A stretch of 64,000 nucleotides of DNA, taken from Candidatus Faecicola pullistercoris. Lineage in GTDB: Bacteria > Bacillota > Clostridia > Christensenellales > CAG-917. A program made the position numbers and the translations under genes. The notes below the pieces were generated by a model, which did not search any database, had not been told where the DNA came from, and worked only from the letters and a program-made list of their open reading frames with translations. Where the stretch lies: positions 5,689 through 69,688 of the forward strand of contig DVNW01000006.1 of NCBI GenBank assembly GCA_018714105.1, in the 5' to 3' direction. Positions within the stretch are counted from its first letter, which is position 1. Each line of letters begins with the position of its first letter. This document shows positions 18,749 to 29,966 of the stretch, in pieces.

Positions 18749-19699
18749 ATGAAAAAAACAGCCTCTGTCATAGCGATATTCATGCTTGCCGTGTGCTTGG
18801 TGGTTTTTGCCGCTTGCGGCGACAACACCGTGCCCGACAACGATAAGGATCAGTCCTCCTTCGACAAGGACACCTATCTCAGCAATCCTTACGACGAGGA
18901 CTATTACGATATGTCGGGCGAAGCCGGCGCGACGGCCGATTCTGCGGTGGACGCTCTTCCCGCAACCGACGTCAAATACTTCGAGTTTCAGATTTGCGGC
19001 ACGGTAACCCATCCTTATTATCAGATTAACGGATGGAGCGACGTTACCGACGGACGTCCTACCGATATAGTTTTTCCCGCCGAATACGAAGGGCTCAAAG
19101 TTATGGTTATCCGCAGGGACGCTTTTCTCAACGACAAAACCATTACTTCGGTAAAAATGGGAAGCAATATGCGCAAAGTAGGTAAAAGGTCTTTTTACGG
19201 CTGCAGCAATATGACCAGCGTGGAAATAGGCGTGAACGTACTGGATATACGTTCGGGCGCATTCAGAAACTGCACCAAACTTACCTCTCTGAACATACCG
19301 TCCAAGGTAGTAAACCTGCCGTCCAACATGGTAGCCGATTGCACGGCGCTTCAGACCGTAACGGTAGAGGGCACTCTTTCTTACATCGGCGCGCGCGCTT
19401 TCAAGGGCTGTACCGCGCTTGAAAGTTTCGATATGAAGGGAGCGCAAAAGCTCGGTGCCGGCGCGTTTATGGACTGCGCCTCGCTTACCTCGATAAACTT
19501 AGGTACGGTCAGCGAGCTGCCCGTTGAATGTTTTTCCGGTTGCACCGCGCTTGCTACCGTAAACGGAACTATGGGGCTTAGCAAAATAGGGCTTGCGGCT
19601 TTTTACGACTGCGCCGCTCTTACAAAGATAAGTCTGTCGGCTTCGTGTTCGGTAGCCATAAACGCTTTCAGCGGTTGTCCCGCGGGCCAGACGCTGTGA
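18749..19699 (+). CDS. BspA-type LRR lipoprotein
   Basis: Signal peptide with lipobox VFAAC, followed by LRR_5-type units (SFYGCSNMTSVEIGVNVLDIRSGAFRNCTKLTSLNIPSKV...). Confidence 0.8.
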   Translation: MKKTASVIAIFMLAVCLVVFAACGDNTVPDNDKDQSSFDKDTYLSNPYDEDYYDMSGEAGATADSAVDALPATDVKYFEFQICGTVTHPYYQINGWSDVTDGRPTDIVFPAEYEGLKVMVIRRDAFLNDKTITSVKMGSNMRKVGKRSFYGCSNMTSVEIGVNVLDIRSGAFRNCTKLTSLNIPSKVVNLPSNMVADCTALQTVTVEGTLSYIGARAFKGCTALESFDMKGAQKLGAGAFMDCASLTSINLGTVSELPVECFSGCTALATVNGTMGLSKIGLAAFYDCAALTKISLSASCSVAINAFSGCPAGQTL

Positions 19700-19718
19700 T
19701 TAATTAAGTTAAAGCATT

Positions 19719-19746
19719 AAAAAGGCGGCCGAGGCCGCCTTTTAAT
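19719..19746. terminator. Bidirectional intrinsic terminator
   Basis: AAAAAGGCGGCCGAGGCCGCCTTTT between convergent genes. Confidence 0.75.
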
Positions 19747-20206
19747 TTAGCATAAAAACAGCATAATTCATTATAAACGCAAAACAGTACCACAGCAGTA
19801 CGGGTATGTATAACAGGCACAGCGGCGGGCGCACTTTGCAGAGCAGGTAAAGTATTCTGAAATTGAGCACGACCGTTATCAGAAGTATTCCGAGCGCAAG
19901 AAGAATACGGTTGAAGTCGAAAAATACAATTACCCAGACCGCCGACAGTACGTTTACCGCGGCTATCAGCGGCAGATAAGGTTTATAAAAACCCAACGCC
20001 ATAAGGCGGGAAGATATGTAGATGAACAGACTGTAAATTATCCCCCAGCATATTGAAAATACCGTTCCGGGAGGCATAAAAGAGGGTTTGTTCAGCGACA
20101 TGAACCATTCTCCGTCGGGGCGGACGGCCAGCGCGCCTATCCACGCTATCGCCAGCACGAAAGCCGTTGAGATAACCAATGCGTAAATCATTCTTATACG
20201 TTTCAT
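19742..20206 (-). CDS. TspO/MBR family tryptophan-rich sensory protein
   Basis: 154 aa, 5 TM. Contains LNKPSFMPPGTVFSICWGIIY, typical of TspO. Confidence 0.8.
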   Translation of the reverse strand: MKRIRMIYALVISTAFVLAIAWIGALAVRPDGEWFMSLNKPSFMPPGTVFSICWGIIYSLFIYISSRLMALGFYKPYLPLIAAVNVLSAVWVIVFFDFNRILLALGILLITVVLNFRILYLLCKVRPPLCLLYIPVLLWYCFAFIMNYAVFMLN

Positions 20207-20269
20207 ATTTAATAATATATTTCAGTGTAATAAGGTATATGAAAGAAAGAGGTTTGTTAAGGCAAACAG

Positions 20270-20298
20270 TTGTAAAAAAGCGTTTAATTTGATATAAT
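20270..20298 (+). promoter_or_regulatory. Sigma-A type promoter of coaX-hom
   Basis: TTGTAA, 17 nt, TATAAT. Confidence 0.45.
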
Positions 20299-20322
20299 CA
20301 AAAAAGCAAACGGAGAAATTTT

Positions 20323-21099
20323 ATGATACTTGCGCTGGACATAGGAAATACCAATATAAAAATAGGCATGTTCTGCGGCGACAAACTGATGGACAGCTGG
20401 CGTGTATCCACGCTGTCTTCACGCACGGCCGACGAATTCGGAATGATTCTGTTCGATCTGCTCGCCACCAAAAACGCGACTTTCGACGACGTCGAAGGCG
20501 TGATAATGTCTTCGGTTGCCCCAAGCATGAATTATACCATCGAGCACATGTGCCGGTATTATATGCATAAGGGACCCATAGTAGTAAACGACAAGCTCGA
20601 TACGGGAATAAAGCTGATGTACAGAAATCCCGAGGAGCTGGGCAGCGACAGGATTATCGACTGCGTTGCCGCCTATTATCTTTACGGGGGCCCCGCAATA
20701 GTAATAGACTTCGGTTCGGCCACCACCTTTAACGCCATTACCGCAAAGGGCGAGTTTCTGGGCGGAGCCATAGCGCCGGGTATCAAAACGGCAACCGAAT
20801 CGCTTGTGAACACGGCGGCAAAACTCCCGCGCATCGAGCTTATTTCTCCTGAAAGCGTTATAGGCAGAAACACCGTCGAGAACATGCAGTCGGGTATCGC
20901 GTACGGCTTTACGGGGCTTGTAGACTATATCGTCAGGAAGATGAAGATGTGCGACGGCCTGGAAAACGCCAAGGTCATAGCTACGGGCGGTCTTTCCGAA
21001 ATCGTTGTGAGAAGCGACGACAGCGTTATAAACATCACCGACAGAGCGCTTGCGCTTAAAGGGTTGAAAATAATTTACGACAGAAATAAACGAAAATAA
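20323..21099 (+). CDS. coaX: Type III pantothenate kinase
   Basis: MILALDIGNTNIK, ASKHA fold, 258 aa. Confidence 0.93.
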   Translation: MILALDIGNTNIKIGMFCGDKLMDSWRVSTLSSRTADEFGMILFDLLATKNATFDDVEGVIMSSVAPSMNYTIEHMCRYYMHKGPIVVNDKLDTGIKLMYRNPEELGSDRIIDCVAAYYLYGGPAIVIDFGSATTFNAITAKGEFLGGAIAPGIKTATESLVNTAAKLPRIELISPESVIGRNTVENMQSGIAYGFTGLVDYIVRKMKMCDGLENAKVIATGGLSEIVVRSDDSVINITDRALALKGLKIIYDRNKRK

Positions 21100-21109
21100 G
21101 GAGACTTGT

Positions 21110-22378
21110 ATGAAAAAAACAGGTGTTGCCTTACTGGGATTAGGCACGGTAGGCGGCGGAACTTACAGGATTTTACAACAGAACAGAGAGCTTATCAAAA
21201 AGGCTCACGGCCTCGATATCGAGGTTATAAAGATACTCGACCGCGATTACAACAAATCGGACGCGCTTAACGTGGATCGCGCCAAGGTCACTTTCGATAT
21301 AGACGACATAATATCCGACCCTTCGATCGGCATAGTGGCCGAGGCGATAGGCGGGATAAATCCCGCAAAATCTTTTCTGATAAAAGCGTTGGAAGCGGGT
21401 AAAAGCGTTGTAACCGCAAATAAAGAACTGTGCGCAAAATGCTGGGACGAACTCAACGCCGCCGCAAAAAAAGGCAAAGCGGGGTTTTATTTCGAGGCAA
21501 GCTGCGTAGGCGGAGTGCCTATTATCAGAACGCTCATGGACGGTATGCAGGCCAACAATATACTGGAAATGAAAGGTATCGTCAACGGCACTACCAATTA
21601 TATACTTTCGGCAATGACGCAGTGCGGTACCGAGTATTCCGACGCCCTCAAGGAAGCTCAGAAACTGGGATATGCCGAAGCTAATCCCACGGCAGACGTG
21701 GACGGTTTCGACGCCAGCTACAAAATCAGTATTCTCAGCACGCTCGCTTTCCATAAGCACGTTCCTCTCGAAAAAGTTTACCGCGAGGGCATTTCCTCTA
21801 TAAGCGTAGAGGATATCAACTACGGAAAGGAACTGGGCATGACGCTCAAACTGCTTGCCATTGCCAAGAATAACGGCGGTAAAATAGAGGCAAGGGTTCA
21901 TCCTGCCTTTGTGGATAACGCTCATCCTCTGGCTACGGTATCGGGCAGTTTCAACGCCGTCCATCTTTTGGGCGACATGGTGGGCGACATAATGCTGTAC
22001 GGCCGCGGCGCCGGCGACCTCCCCACGGGCAGCGCAATAGTAAGCGATATAGTTTATGCCGCAAACAAGGGCGGAGCTAAATACAACTATAACAACGGTA
22101 CATTTAAAGACAGTGACTTTGCCGGCGACTTCACCTGCAAATACTATATAAGAATGAACGTAAGCGACAAGAGCGGCACTCTCGGCAAAATAGCCACCGT
22201 TTTCGGCAAGAACAAGGTGTCTTTGCAGTCGGTGCTTCAGAAGGACGTCAAGGACGGCTTCGCACCCATAGTATTCACTACGCACGAAACCGGCGAGAAG
22301 AATATGCAGAAAGCACTTGCCGCCGTCAAAGAACTGGACAGCGTAATAGACGTGGCCGCAGTCATAAGAATAGAATAA
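21110..22378 (+). CDS. hom: Homoserine dehydrogenase (with C-terminal ACT)
   Basis: GLGTVGGG NAD loop, catalytic domain and ACT tail, 422 aa. Confidence 0.93.
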   Translation: MKKTGVALLGLGTVGGGTYRILQQNRELIKKAHGLDIEVIKILDRDYNKSDALNVDRAKVTFDIDDIISDPSIGIVAEAIGGINPAKSFLIKALEAGKSVVTANKELCAKCWDELNAAAKKGKAGFYFEASCVGGVPIIRTLMDGMQANNILEMKGIVNGTTNYILSAMTQCGTEYSDALKEAQKLGYAEANPTADVDGFDASYKISILSTLAFHKHVPLEKVYREGISSISVEDINYGKELGMTLKLLAIAKNNGGKIEARVHPAFVDNAHPLATVSGSFNAVHLLGDMVGDIMLYGRGAGDLPTGSAIVSDIVYAANKGGAKYNYNNGTFKDSDFAGDFTCKYYIRMNVSDKSGTLGKIATVFGKNKVSLQSVLQKDVKDGFAPIVFTTHETGEKNMQKALAAVKELDSVIDVAAVIRIE

Positions 22379-22395
22379 ATTAAAACTAACCGTAA

Positions 22396-22428
22396 AACAA
22401 AACAACCGCTTAAGCGGTTGTTTTTTAT
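22396..22428. terminator. Bidirectional intrinsic terminator
   Basis: AACAACCGC-ttaa-GCGGTTGTT with flanking A and T runs. Confidence 0.75.
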
Positions 22429-22438
22429 TGTAAGGGTA

Positions 22439-24094
22439 TTACTGTCGGTTTTTATCGTTCTGCCTTATTTCAACTCTGCGGATTTTTCCGCTTACCGTTT
22501 TCGGCAGTTCCTTGACAAATTCTATAATACGCGGATATTTGTAAGGAGCGGTGGCTTTTTTGACATGGTCCTGCAATTCCTTGATAAGGGCGTCGGACGG
22601 GGTATAACCGGGTGCAAGAACGATAGTCGCTTTTACTATCTGACCCCTCAGCGGGTCCGGTGCGGCGGTAATGGCGCATTCGAGTACGGAGGGATGCTCG
22701 TGCAAGGCGCTTTCAACCTCGAAGGGCCCTATGCGGTAACCCGACGATTTGATGATATCGTCCTTTCTGCCTACAAACCAGAACCAGCCGTCGTTATCCT
22801 TATAGGCAAGGTCGCCCGTATGGTAGTACTTGTCCTCGATAAGGCTGCGGGTACGCTCCTCGTCGCCGTAATACGAACATACCAGTCCGAACTGATCGGG
22901 ATATTTCAAAATGGCTATTTCGCCTTCCTGCATGGGGCCGAGCGGATTTTCGTCGTCGTCGATTATTTCAACTCTGTAAATAGGGCTGGGCTTGCCCAAA
23001 CTGCCCGAAACGGGGTTTAAATACTTAAAAGTAGCAAGAATAACCGTTGATTCGGTTTGTCCGAAACCTTCGTAAATAGAAAGGCCGGTAGCCTCTTTGA
23101 ATTGATTGTATATCTCGGCGTTAAGCGCTTCGCCCGCCGTGGAGCAGTGCGTAAGCGAGGAAAAATCAAATTTGGAAAGGTCCTCTTTTACCAAAAAACG
23201 GTAAATTGTAGGCGGAGCGCAAAAAGTGGTGATTTTGTATTTTGATATGAGTGGCAGTATATCGGTAGGGGTAAATCTGCCGTTGAAGTCGTAAACGAAA
23301 ACGGCGGAGCCTGCTATCCACTGTCCGTAAATTTTGCCCCAGCTGCATTTTGCCCAGCCTGTTTCGGCCATAGTAAAATGGAGTCCGTCGTCCGCAACGG
23401 TCTGCCAGTAAGCCGCGGTCATGATATGACCTACGGGATATGCGAAATTATGCGCTACCATTTTGGGCATGCCCGTAGTCCCCGAAGTGAAGTAAACGAG
23501 CATCAGGTCGTTCAGCGCGGGCCTTGAGATATCGGGAAGGACGGAAGGGCTTTCTTCGAGCTCCCTGCCGAGATTGAAATATCCCTCTGCTTCTTCCGTG
23601 CAATATACCTTCTGAAGGGTGGAACATGAGGGCAGTGCGTAATAGACGTGTTCGAGCACGTCGGTTTCCTTTGTGATAAACAGAAGTTTGACCTTTGCCT
23701 GATTGCAGCGGTATGCTATATCCTTAGGCGTCAGAAGGTGGGTGGCAGGCACTATAACCACGCCCAGTTTATGGCAAGCCACGGCCAGAATCCAGTATTC
23801 GTAACGGCGGTTAAGCATTGTCATTACGAAATCGCCTTTTTTGAGTTTGTTTTTCAACAGGATATTGACGGCCTTGTCCGAAAGAGTTTTCAGCTCGCCG
23901 AAAGTGAGAATTTTTTCCTCGCCTTTGTCGTTTGCCCATACAAGCGCGCGTTTATCCGGGCACAGACGGGCGTATTCGTCCACGACGTCGTAGGCGAAGT
24001 TAAAGTTATCGGGCACGGTAACTTTGATGTTTCGGCTGAAGTCGTCGTAATCGTCGAAATGCGTTCTGTTTAAAAATCTGTCAAGTAAATTCAT
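22439..24094 (-). CDS. AMP-dependent acyl-CoA synthetase/ligase (ACSM/acetyl-CoA-synthetase-like)
   Basis: AMP-binding motif YFTSGTTGMPK, plus YHTGD and GRKDDIIKSSGYRI. Confidence 0.85.
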   Translation of the reverse strand: MNLLDRFLNRTHFDDYDDFSRNIKVTVPDNFNFAYDVVDEYARLCPDKRALVWANDKGEEKILTFGELKTLSDKAVNILLKNKLKKGDFVMTMLNRRYEYWILAVACHKLGVVIVPATHLLTPKDIAYRCNQAKVKLLFITKETDVLEHVYYALPSCSTLQKVYCTEEAEGYFNLGRELEESPSVLPDISRPALNDLMLVYFTSGTTGMPKMVAHNFAYPVGHIMTAAYWQTVADDGLHFTMAETGWAKCSWGKIYGQWIAGSAVFVYDFNGRFTPTDILPLISKYKITTFCAPPTIYRFLVKEDLSKFDFSSLTHCSTAGEALNAEIYNQFKEATGLSIYEGFGQTESTVILATFKYLNPVSGSLGKPSPIYRVEIIDDDENPLGPMQEGEIAILKYPDQFGLVCSYYGDEERTRSLIEDKYYHTGDLAYKDNDGWFWFVGRKDDIIKSSGYRIGPFEVESALHEHPSVLECAITAAPDPLRGQIVKATIVLAPGYTPSDALIKELQDHVKKATAPYKYPRIIEFVKELPKTVSGKIRRVEIRQNDKNRQ

Positions 24095-24252
24095 AATACC
24101 TCGTAAAACTGACCTGCTGATTATTGTTTAATATTTTAGCACACAAATTATAATTAGTATAGTAAATAAAGTCATTTTTTCAATTTTGGCCGTCTGATTG
24201 CCGCGTCCGCAGTAGAGATGTCGGGAGGCGAAAAGGATAGTGGCGATATAAG

Positions 24253-24281
24253 TTGCCAATATTTTATAATAGTGATATAAT
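24253..24281 (+). promoter_or_regulatory. Sigma-A type promoter
   Basis: TTGCCA, 17 nt, TATAAT, upstream of the CDS at 24312. Confidence 0.5.
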
Positions 24282-24311
24282 TAATAAACAATAAGACGTT
24301 CGGAGGAACTT

Positions 24312-24770
24312 ATGGTATTGGGAAAGCCGGCGCGCACGGTTCTGGAATATATTAAAAAAGTCAGCGACGGGACATTCAAGGTTCTAGACGCGGACGAAAT
24401 ACTTGCTCAGTTCACCGAGGACAAACCCACTAAAACCGTTCTCGGCGGCATCATAAAAAGTCTGGAAGAGGCCGAATACGTTAAAGTCAAGTCTTCAAGC
24501 GCGGATATGTATTGTCTGGCCGCCACTTCAAAGGCCCGTAACGAGAATTTCGAACGCGCCGTAACCGCAACCGAAAGCGCCGCCGCGAGCGAAACCGAAG
24601 CCAAGTCGCTGCCTCAGGTTAAAACGGCGCAACGTACGGCTACTACGGTTGAGATTTCCGCAATCAAAAACACTTTATACCGCAGGGCGTTTTTCGGCGC
24701 AATGCTGGGCGCGGTAACGGGCGGCGCAATTATAACCGCGCTCGCGATATTGATAATTTCTTTAATGTAA
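24312..24770 (+). CDS. Small wHTH-like protein with C-terminal TM anchor (paralog 1)
   Basis: 152 aa. About 85 aa of helical N-domain, an Ala/Thr-rich linker, then the TM segment FFGAMLGAVTGGAIITALAILIISL. Confidence 0.6.
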   Translation: MVLGKPARTVLEYIKKVSDGTFKVLDADEILAQFTEDKPTKTVLGGIIKSLEEAEYVKVKSSSADMYCLAATSKARNENFERAVTATESAAASETEAKSLPQVKTAQRTATTVEISAIKNTLYRRAFFGAMLGAVTGGAIITALAILIISLM

Positions 24771-24781
24771 CGGGGTGAAAC

Positions 24782-25192
24782 ATGGCTGAAAATATTCTGG
24801 AAAAAGCCGGTCTTAAAAAGAAGGACAAAGCCGTAATGTGGCTCATTTACAAAAAATCGCAGAACGGGGGCGGAGTATGTTTGATGCGTCCTATGGACAT
24901 ATTAAAAGAGTTGCCTTACGAGTACGACTATACGCTTGCCGAACTCGAAAGCATTCTCAAAGGACTCGAACTGGACGATTACCTCGACGTTGTCAAGGCC
25001 GACAACAAGGGCGAACTGGTGTATTGCATTACTCTGCATAACGCCGGCCTTAACTTTGCAAGAACGGAAGATTACAAAAAAAGGAGCCTGAAAAAGAAAA
25101 TCATTATTACCGTGGTGTCCGCCGTGGGAACGGCCATAATCACATTCACGGTAAGGGCGATACTCAACGCGATATCCAATGGCGGAATTTAA
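24782..25192 (+). CDS. Small wHTH-like protein with C-terminal TM anchor (paralog 2)
   Basis: 136 aa with the same architecture as the upstream gene. Shared pattern IL...L..I.K.LE..(D/E)Y(V/L).V.....YC(L/I)......NF.R. Its end overlaps the uvrB start by 14 nt. Confidence 0.6.
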   Translation: MAENILEKAGLKKKDKAVMWLIYKKSQNGGGVCLMRPMDILKELPYEYDYTLAELESILKGLELDDYLDVVKADNKGELVYCITLHNAGLNFARTEDYKKRSLKKKIIITVVSAVGTAIITFTVRAILNAISNGGI

Positions 25193-27134
25193 TTTAAAAT
25201 CCAAATATTTACCTTGCGGAGACCAGCCTCAGGCCATAGAAAAACTTACCGAAGGACTTAAAGACGGGTTCAGGACGCAGGTTCTGCTGGGCGTTACCGG
25301 CAGCGGTAAGACCTTCACAATGGCTAACGTAATAAAAAACGCCGGACGGCCCGCTTTGGTTATAGCGCATAATAAGACGCTTGCAGCGCAGCTTTGTAAC
25401 GAGTTCAGAGAATTCTTCCCCGACAACAGGGTGGAATTCTTTGTCAGTTATTACGATTATTATCAGCCCGAGGCCTATATTCCGCGCTCGGACACCTATA
25501 TCGAAAAGGAACTCGAAATCAACGACGAAATAGACAAGCTGCGCCACTCTGCCACCAGCTCGCTTTGCGAACGCAGAGACGTGGTGGTTGTCGCCTCGGT
25601 ATCGTGCATATACGGCCTGGGCGCGCCGGTAGAATATTACAACATGGCGGTATCTCTGAGGCCCGACGACGAGCTAGACCGCGACGAACTCGCCAGAAGG
25701 CTTGTAGACAGACAGTATAAGCGCGCCGACCTCGATTTCGTGCGATCGTCATTCAGGATACGGGGGGACGTAATGGACATATTTCCGTCCTCCAACAGCG
25801 AAATCGCCATCAGGGTGGAGTTTTTCGGCGACCGCATCGAAAAATTACAGGAGATAGACAGTTTTACCGGCAAGCCCGTATCCAATCTTCAGCACGCCGT
25901 AATTTTCCCCGCCAGCCATTACGTAGTGGGCGAACAGACTATGGAAAGCGCGCTTAAAGTCATCGCGCGCGATATGGACGACAGGGTCAGGTATTTTACC
26001 GAGAATAATAAACTCATCGAGGCTCAGCGCATCGGCGAGAGAGTAAGTTACGATATAGAAATGCTCAGGGAAATGGGCTACTGTAACGGAATAGAAAATT
26101 ACAGCCGTTACTTCGACGGCCGCGCTCCCGGACAGCCGCCTTATACGTTGCTTGACTTTTTCCCGAAGGATTTCATTACCTTTATCGACGAGTCGCACAT
26201 GACAATACCGCAGATAAGGGCGATGTATAACGGCGACAGAAGCCGCAAAATCAATCTTGTGGAATACGGTTTCAGGCTTCCGGCGGCATACGACAACAGA
26301 CCTTTGAATTTCGAGGAGTTCGACAGCCGCGTGGGGCAGCTTATATGCGTATCCGCCACTCCCGCCGAGTACGAACTCGGCCAGGCCGACCAGGTTGTGG
26401 AACAGCTCATAAGGCCTACGGGACTGGTTGATCCGGAAATAGAAGTGGAGCCCGTAAAAGGCCAGATAGACAACTTAATCGGCCGTATAAACGATACCGT
26501 AGACGGCGGCGGACGAGTGCTGGTAACCACGCTTACAAAAAAAATGGCCGAAGACCTTACCGCCTTTCTTAAAGAAAAGAGCATAAAAGTAAGATACATG
26601 CATTCGGACATCGACACCTTAGAGCGCATAGAGATAGTGTCCGAGCTGAGGCGGGGCGATTACGACGTTCTTGTGGGTATCAACCTTTTGCGCGAAGGAC
26701 TTGACCTTCCCGAGGTGAAGCTGGTAGCAATACTCGACGCCGACAAGGAGGGTTTTCTGCGAAGCGAAACCTCGCTCATACAGACGGTAGGCCGCGCGGC
26801 CAGAAACGTGGAAGGCAAAGTGGTGATGTACGCCGATACGGTAACGGGCAGCATGAGGCGCGCCATTGACGAAACAAACCGCCGCCGCGAAAAGCAAATG
26901 GCATATAACAAAGCGCACGGCATCACCCCCGTGAGCGTAAAGAAAGATATAGTAAACACTATTGAAATAACCAAAAAGATAGTTGAAAGTGAAAAAACTG
27001 AAGTTAAAGATATAACTTATGAGCTTGAACGTCTTAAAGCGCAGATGCAGACGGCCGCCGATTCGCTTGATTTCGAAAGAGCCATCAAGCTGCGCGACAG
27101 AATAACCGAGCTTAAAAGCATATTGAGAAAGTAG
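25179..27134 (+). CDS. uvrB: Excinuclease ABC subunit B
   Basis: GVTGSGKT helicase motifs and a C-terminal UVR domain, 651 aa. Confidence 0.97.
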   Translation: MAEFNLKSKYLPCGDQPQAIEKLTEGLKDGFRTQVLLGVTGSGKTFTMANVIKNAGRPALVIAHNKTLAAQLCNEFREFFPDNRVEFFVSYYDYYQPEAYIPRSDTYIEKELEINDEIDKLRHSATSSLCERRDVVVVASVSCIYGLGAPVEYYNMAVSLRPDDELDRDELARRLVDRQYKRADLDFVRSSFRIRGDVMDIFPSSNSEIAIRVEFFGDRIEKLQEIDSFTGKPVSNLQHAVIFPASHYVVGEQTMESALKVIARDMDDRVRYFTENNKLIEAQRIGERVSYDIEMLREMGYCNGIENYSRYFDGRAPGQPPYTLLDFFPKDFITFIDESHMTIPQIRAMYNGDRSRKINLVEYGFRLPAAYDNRPLNFEEFDSRVGQLICVSATPAEYELGQADQVVEQLIRPTGLVDPEIEVEPVKGQIDNLIGRINDTVDGGGRVLVTTLTKKMAEDLTAFLKEKSIKVRYMHSDIDTLERIEIVSELRRGDYDVLVGINLLREGLDLPEVKLVAILDADKEGFLRSETSLIQTVGRAARNVEGKVVMYADTVTGSMRRAIDETNRRREKQMAYNKAHGITPVSVKKDIVNTIEITKKIVESEKTEVKDITYELERLKAQMQTAADSLDFERAIKLRDRITELKSILRK

Positions 27135-27140
27135 GAGTAT

Positions 27141-29966
27141 ATGGACAATATTTTCGTAAAAGGCGCAGCCGAAAACAATCTTAAACATATCGACGTTACC
27201 ATTCCGCGAAACAAACTCGTGGTATTTACCGGGCTCAGCGGAAGCGGTAAATCGTCGCTTGCTTTCGACACCATTTTCGCAGAGGGCCAGCGGCGATATA
27301 TCGAAAGCCTTTCAAGCTATGCGAGGATGTTTCTGGGGCAGATGGAAAAACCCGACGTGGAGTTTATCGAGGGGCTTTCGCCCGCCGTTTCGATAGACCA
27401 GAAGACTACTTCTCACAATCCGCGTTCCACCGTGGGCACGGTAACCGAAATTTACGACTATCTGCGCTTACTGTACGCCAGAGTGGGCACTCCTCACTGT
27501 CCGGTATGCGGCAAGGAAATACGCCAGCAGTCCGTGGATCAGATCTGCGACAGGATAATCGAATCAGGCGGGCAGCGGCTGCAGATACTGGCGCCCGTCG
27601 TAAGGGGAAGAAAGGGAGAGTATCAGAAACTGTTCGACAATCTTAAAAAAAGCGGATACCTCAGGGTGCGTGTGGACGGGAATAATTATACTCTCGACGA
27701 GGACATACCTCTCGAAAAAAACATAAAGCACAATATATCGGTAATTATCGACCGCCTCACGTTCAAGGAGGGTATGGCAAGCCGACTGTCCGATAGTATC
27801 GAGCAGGCCCTCAAACTTGCCGACGGGCTTGTGATAGCCGATACCGACGGCACGGAGACTCTTTACAGCACCAAGTATTCCTGCCCCGACTGCGACGTCA
27901 GCATCGAGGAGCTGACGCCCAGGCTTTTCAGCTTCAACAATCCTTACGGAGCTTGTCCCGAATGTCTCGGTCTGGGCTATAAAAACGATATAGACATGGG
28001 GCTTCTCGTGCGCGACGAAAATCTTTCGTTAAGAGAAGGTGCCATAAATTCGCCTTCGGGCTGGAATATGGACGGCGCGCGCATAGCCGGTATGCAGTTC
28101 GAGGCGCTCTCCAGGCATTACGGCTTTTCCATGGATACGCCTTTCAAAGACTTGCCCGACAAAGTTAAGAATATGATTTTTTACGGTAACGGCGGCGAGA
28201 AGATACGCATGGAATACAATACGAGCAACTTCAAAGGTTCGTATATGAGCGACTTCGAGGGCATTGTAAATAATCTTTTGCGCAGGTATTCCGAAACGAC
28301 TTCGGAAATGGTGAAAAAGGAAATAGAAAAATATATCCGTCCCGTGCCCTGTACCGCCTGCGGCGGACGCCGACTCAAAAAAGAAGCTCTTTCGGTTACG
28401 GTAGGGGGGCTTAACATTGCCGAACTTTGCGACAAGTCCGTTTCGGACACGGCGGTATTTTTCGACAATCTCGCCCTTACCGACCAGCAACGCCTTATTG
28501 CAAAGCAGATTATCAAGGAAATAAAAGCACGGCTCAACTTTCTTATCAACGTGGGCCTCGACTATCTTACGTTATCGCGCACGGCCATGACGCTTTCGGG
28601 CGGCGAATCGCAGCGGATCAGGCTTGCAACCCAGATCGGCAGCGGTCTTACCGGAGTATTGTATATTCTTGACGAGCCGAGCATAGGCCTGCATCAAAAA
28701 GATAATCAGCGATTATTGAAGACGCTGTACGGGCTCAGGGACCTGGGTAATACGCTTATAGTCGTCGAGCACGACGAAGAGACCATAAAAAGCGCCGATT
28801 ATATAGTGGATATAGGCCCGGGAGCGGGCGTTCACGGAGGCGAACTGGTTGCCTGCGGCAGCGCGGAAGACATTATGGCCTGTCCCAGGTCCATAACGGG
28901 GAAATATCTGTCGGGGGAACTGAAAATAGACCTTCCCGAAGCCAGAAAACAGCCTGACGGACGATATCTTACCGTAAAAGGGGCGCGTCAGAACAATCTG
29001 AAAAATATAGACGTTTCATTCCCCGTGGGGCTGATGACCGTGGTTACGGGCGTATCGGGAAGCGGTAAAAGCAGCCTCATTAACGAAATTCTGGAGCCCG
29101 CTCTCGGCGAAGCGCTGAACAGACGTAAAATACGCAACGCCAACGTGGATTCTATAGAGGGTATAGAATACTTCGACAAAGTCATTTCCATAGATCAGGC
29201 ACCCATAGGGCGCACGCCGCGAAGCAATCCCGCAACCTACACGGGCGTGTTTACGGCCATAAGGGATTTATTTGCCGCCACTCCCGACGCCAAGGCCAAA
29301 GGCTTTAAATCGGGAAGGTTCAGCTTTAACGTGGCCGGCGGCAGGTGCGAAAACTGTTCGGGCGACGGCATACTCAAAATAGCCATGCACTTTCTGCCCG
29401 ATATTTACGTTCCTTGCGAGGTCTGCCACGGAAAAAGATACAACCGCGAGACGCTGGAAGTCAAGTACAAGGGAAAAAGCATTGCCGACGTACTCGATAT
29501 GACTGTCGAGGAGGCTTGCGCATTTTTCAAAAATATACCTGCGGTATACTCCAAAATCAAAACGCTTTACGACGTCGGATTAGGGTATATAAAGCTGGGG
29601 CAGTCCTCGACCACGCTTTCGGGAGGGGAGGCGCAAAGGGTTAAACTGGCTACCGAACTCAGCAAGAGAAGTACGGGTAAGACCATGTATATCCTGGACG
29701 AACCGACCACGGGGCTTCATACCGACGACGTAAGCCGCCTTATAAGAATTCTGCAGAGATTTGTCGAAGGAGGCAACACGGTAATAGTGATAGAGCATAA
29801 TCTCGACGTAATAAAAGTGGCAGACTATATCGTGGACCTCGGGCCCGACGGCGGCGACAGAGGGGGTACGGTGGTTGCCTGCGGCAGTCCCGAGGAGATA
29901 GCAGAATGCCCCGCAAGCTACACGGGGCAGTTCATAAAGGAAATTCTCGAAAGAGGCCGTAATTAA
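27141..29966 (+). CDS. uvrA: Excinuclease ABC subunit A
   Basis: Two ABC modules ([18 protein letters not shown]) and zinc fingers, 941 aa. Confidence 0.97.
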   Translation: MDNIFVKGAAENNLKHIDVTIPRNKLVVFTGLSGSGKSSLAFDTIFAEGQRRYIESLSSYARMFLGQMEKPDVEFIEGLSPAVSIDQKTTSHNPRSTVGTVTEIYDYLRLLYARVGTPHCPVCGKEIRQQSVDQICDRIIESGGQRLQILAPVVRGRKGEYQKLFDNLKKSGYLRVRVDGNNYTLDEDIPLEKNIKHNISVIIDRLTFKEGMASRLSDSIEQALKLADGLVIADTDGTETLYSTKYSCPDCDVSIEELTPRLFSFNNPYGACPECLGLGYKNDIDMGLLVRDENLSLREGAINSPSGWNMDGARIAGMQFEALSRHYGFSMDTPFKDLPDKVKNMIFYGNGGEKIRMEYNTSNFKGSYMSDFEGIVNNLLRRYSETTSEMVKKEIEKYIRPVPCTACGGRRLKKEALSVTVGGLNIAELCDKSVSDTAVFFDNLALTDQQRLIAKQIIKEIKARLNFLINVGLDYLTLSRTAMTLSGGESQRIRLATQIGSGLTGVLYILDEPSIGLHQKDNQRLLKTLYGLRDLGNTLIVVEHDEETIKSADYIVDIGPGAGVHGGELVACGSAEDIMACPRSITGKYLSGELKIDLPEARKQPDGRYLTVKGARQNNLKNIDVSFPVGLMTVVTGVSGSGKSSLINEILEPALGEALNRRKIRNANVDSIEGIEYFDKVISIDQAPIGRTPRSNPATYTGVFTAIRDLFAATPDAKAKGFKSGRFSFNVAGGRCENCSGDGILKIAMHFLPDIYVPCEVCHGKRYNRETLEVKYKGKSIADVLDMTVEEACAFFKNIPAVYSKIKTLYDVGLGYIKLGQSSTTLSGGEAQRVKLATELSKRSTGKTMYILDEPTTGLHTDDVSRLIRILQRFVEGGNTVIVIEHNLDVIKVADYIVDLGPDGGDRGGTVVACGSPEEIAECPASYTGQFIKEILERGRN

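Noticed and set aside
21173-22405. 410-aa ORF antisense to hom.
   Set aside because: Same shadow-ORF signature. The sense-strand homoserine dehydrogenase is clearly real.
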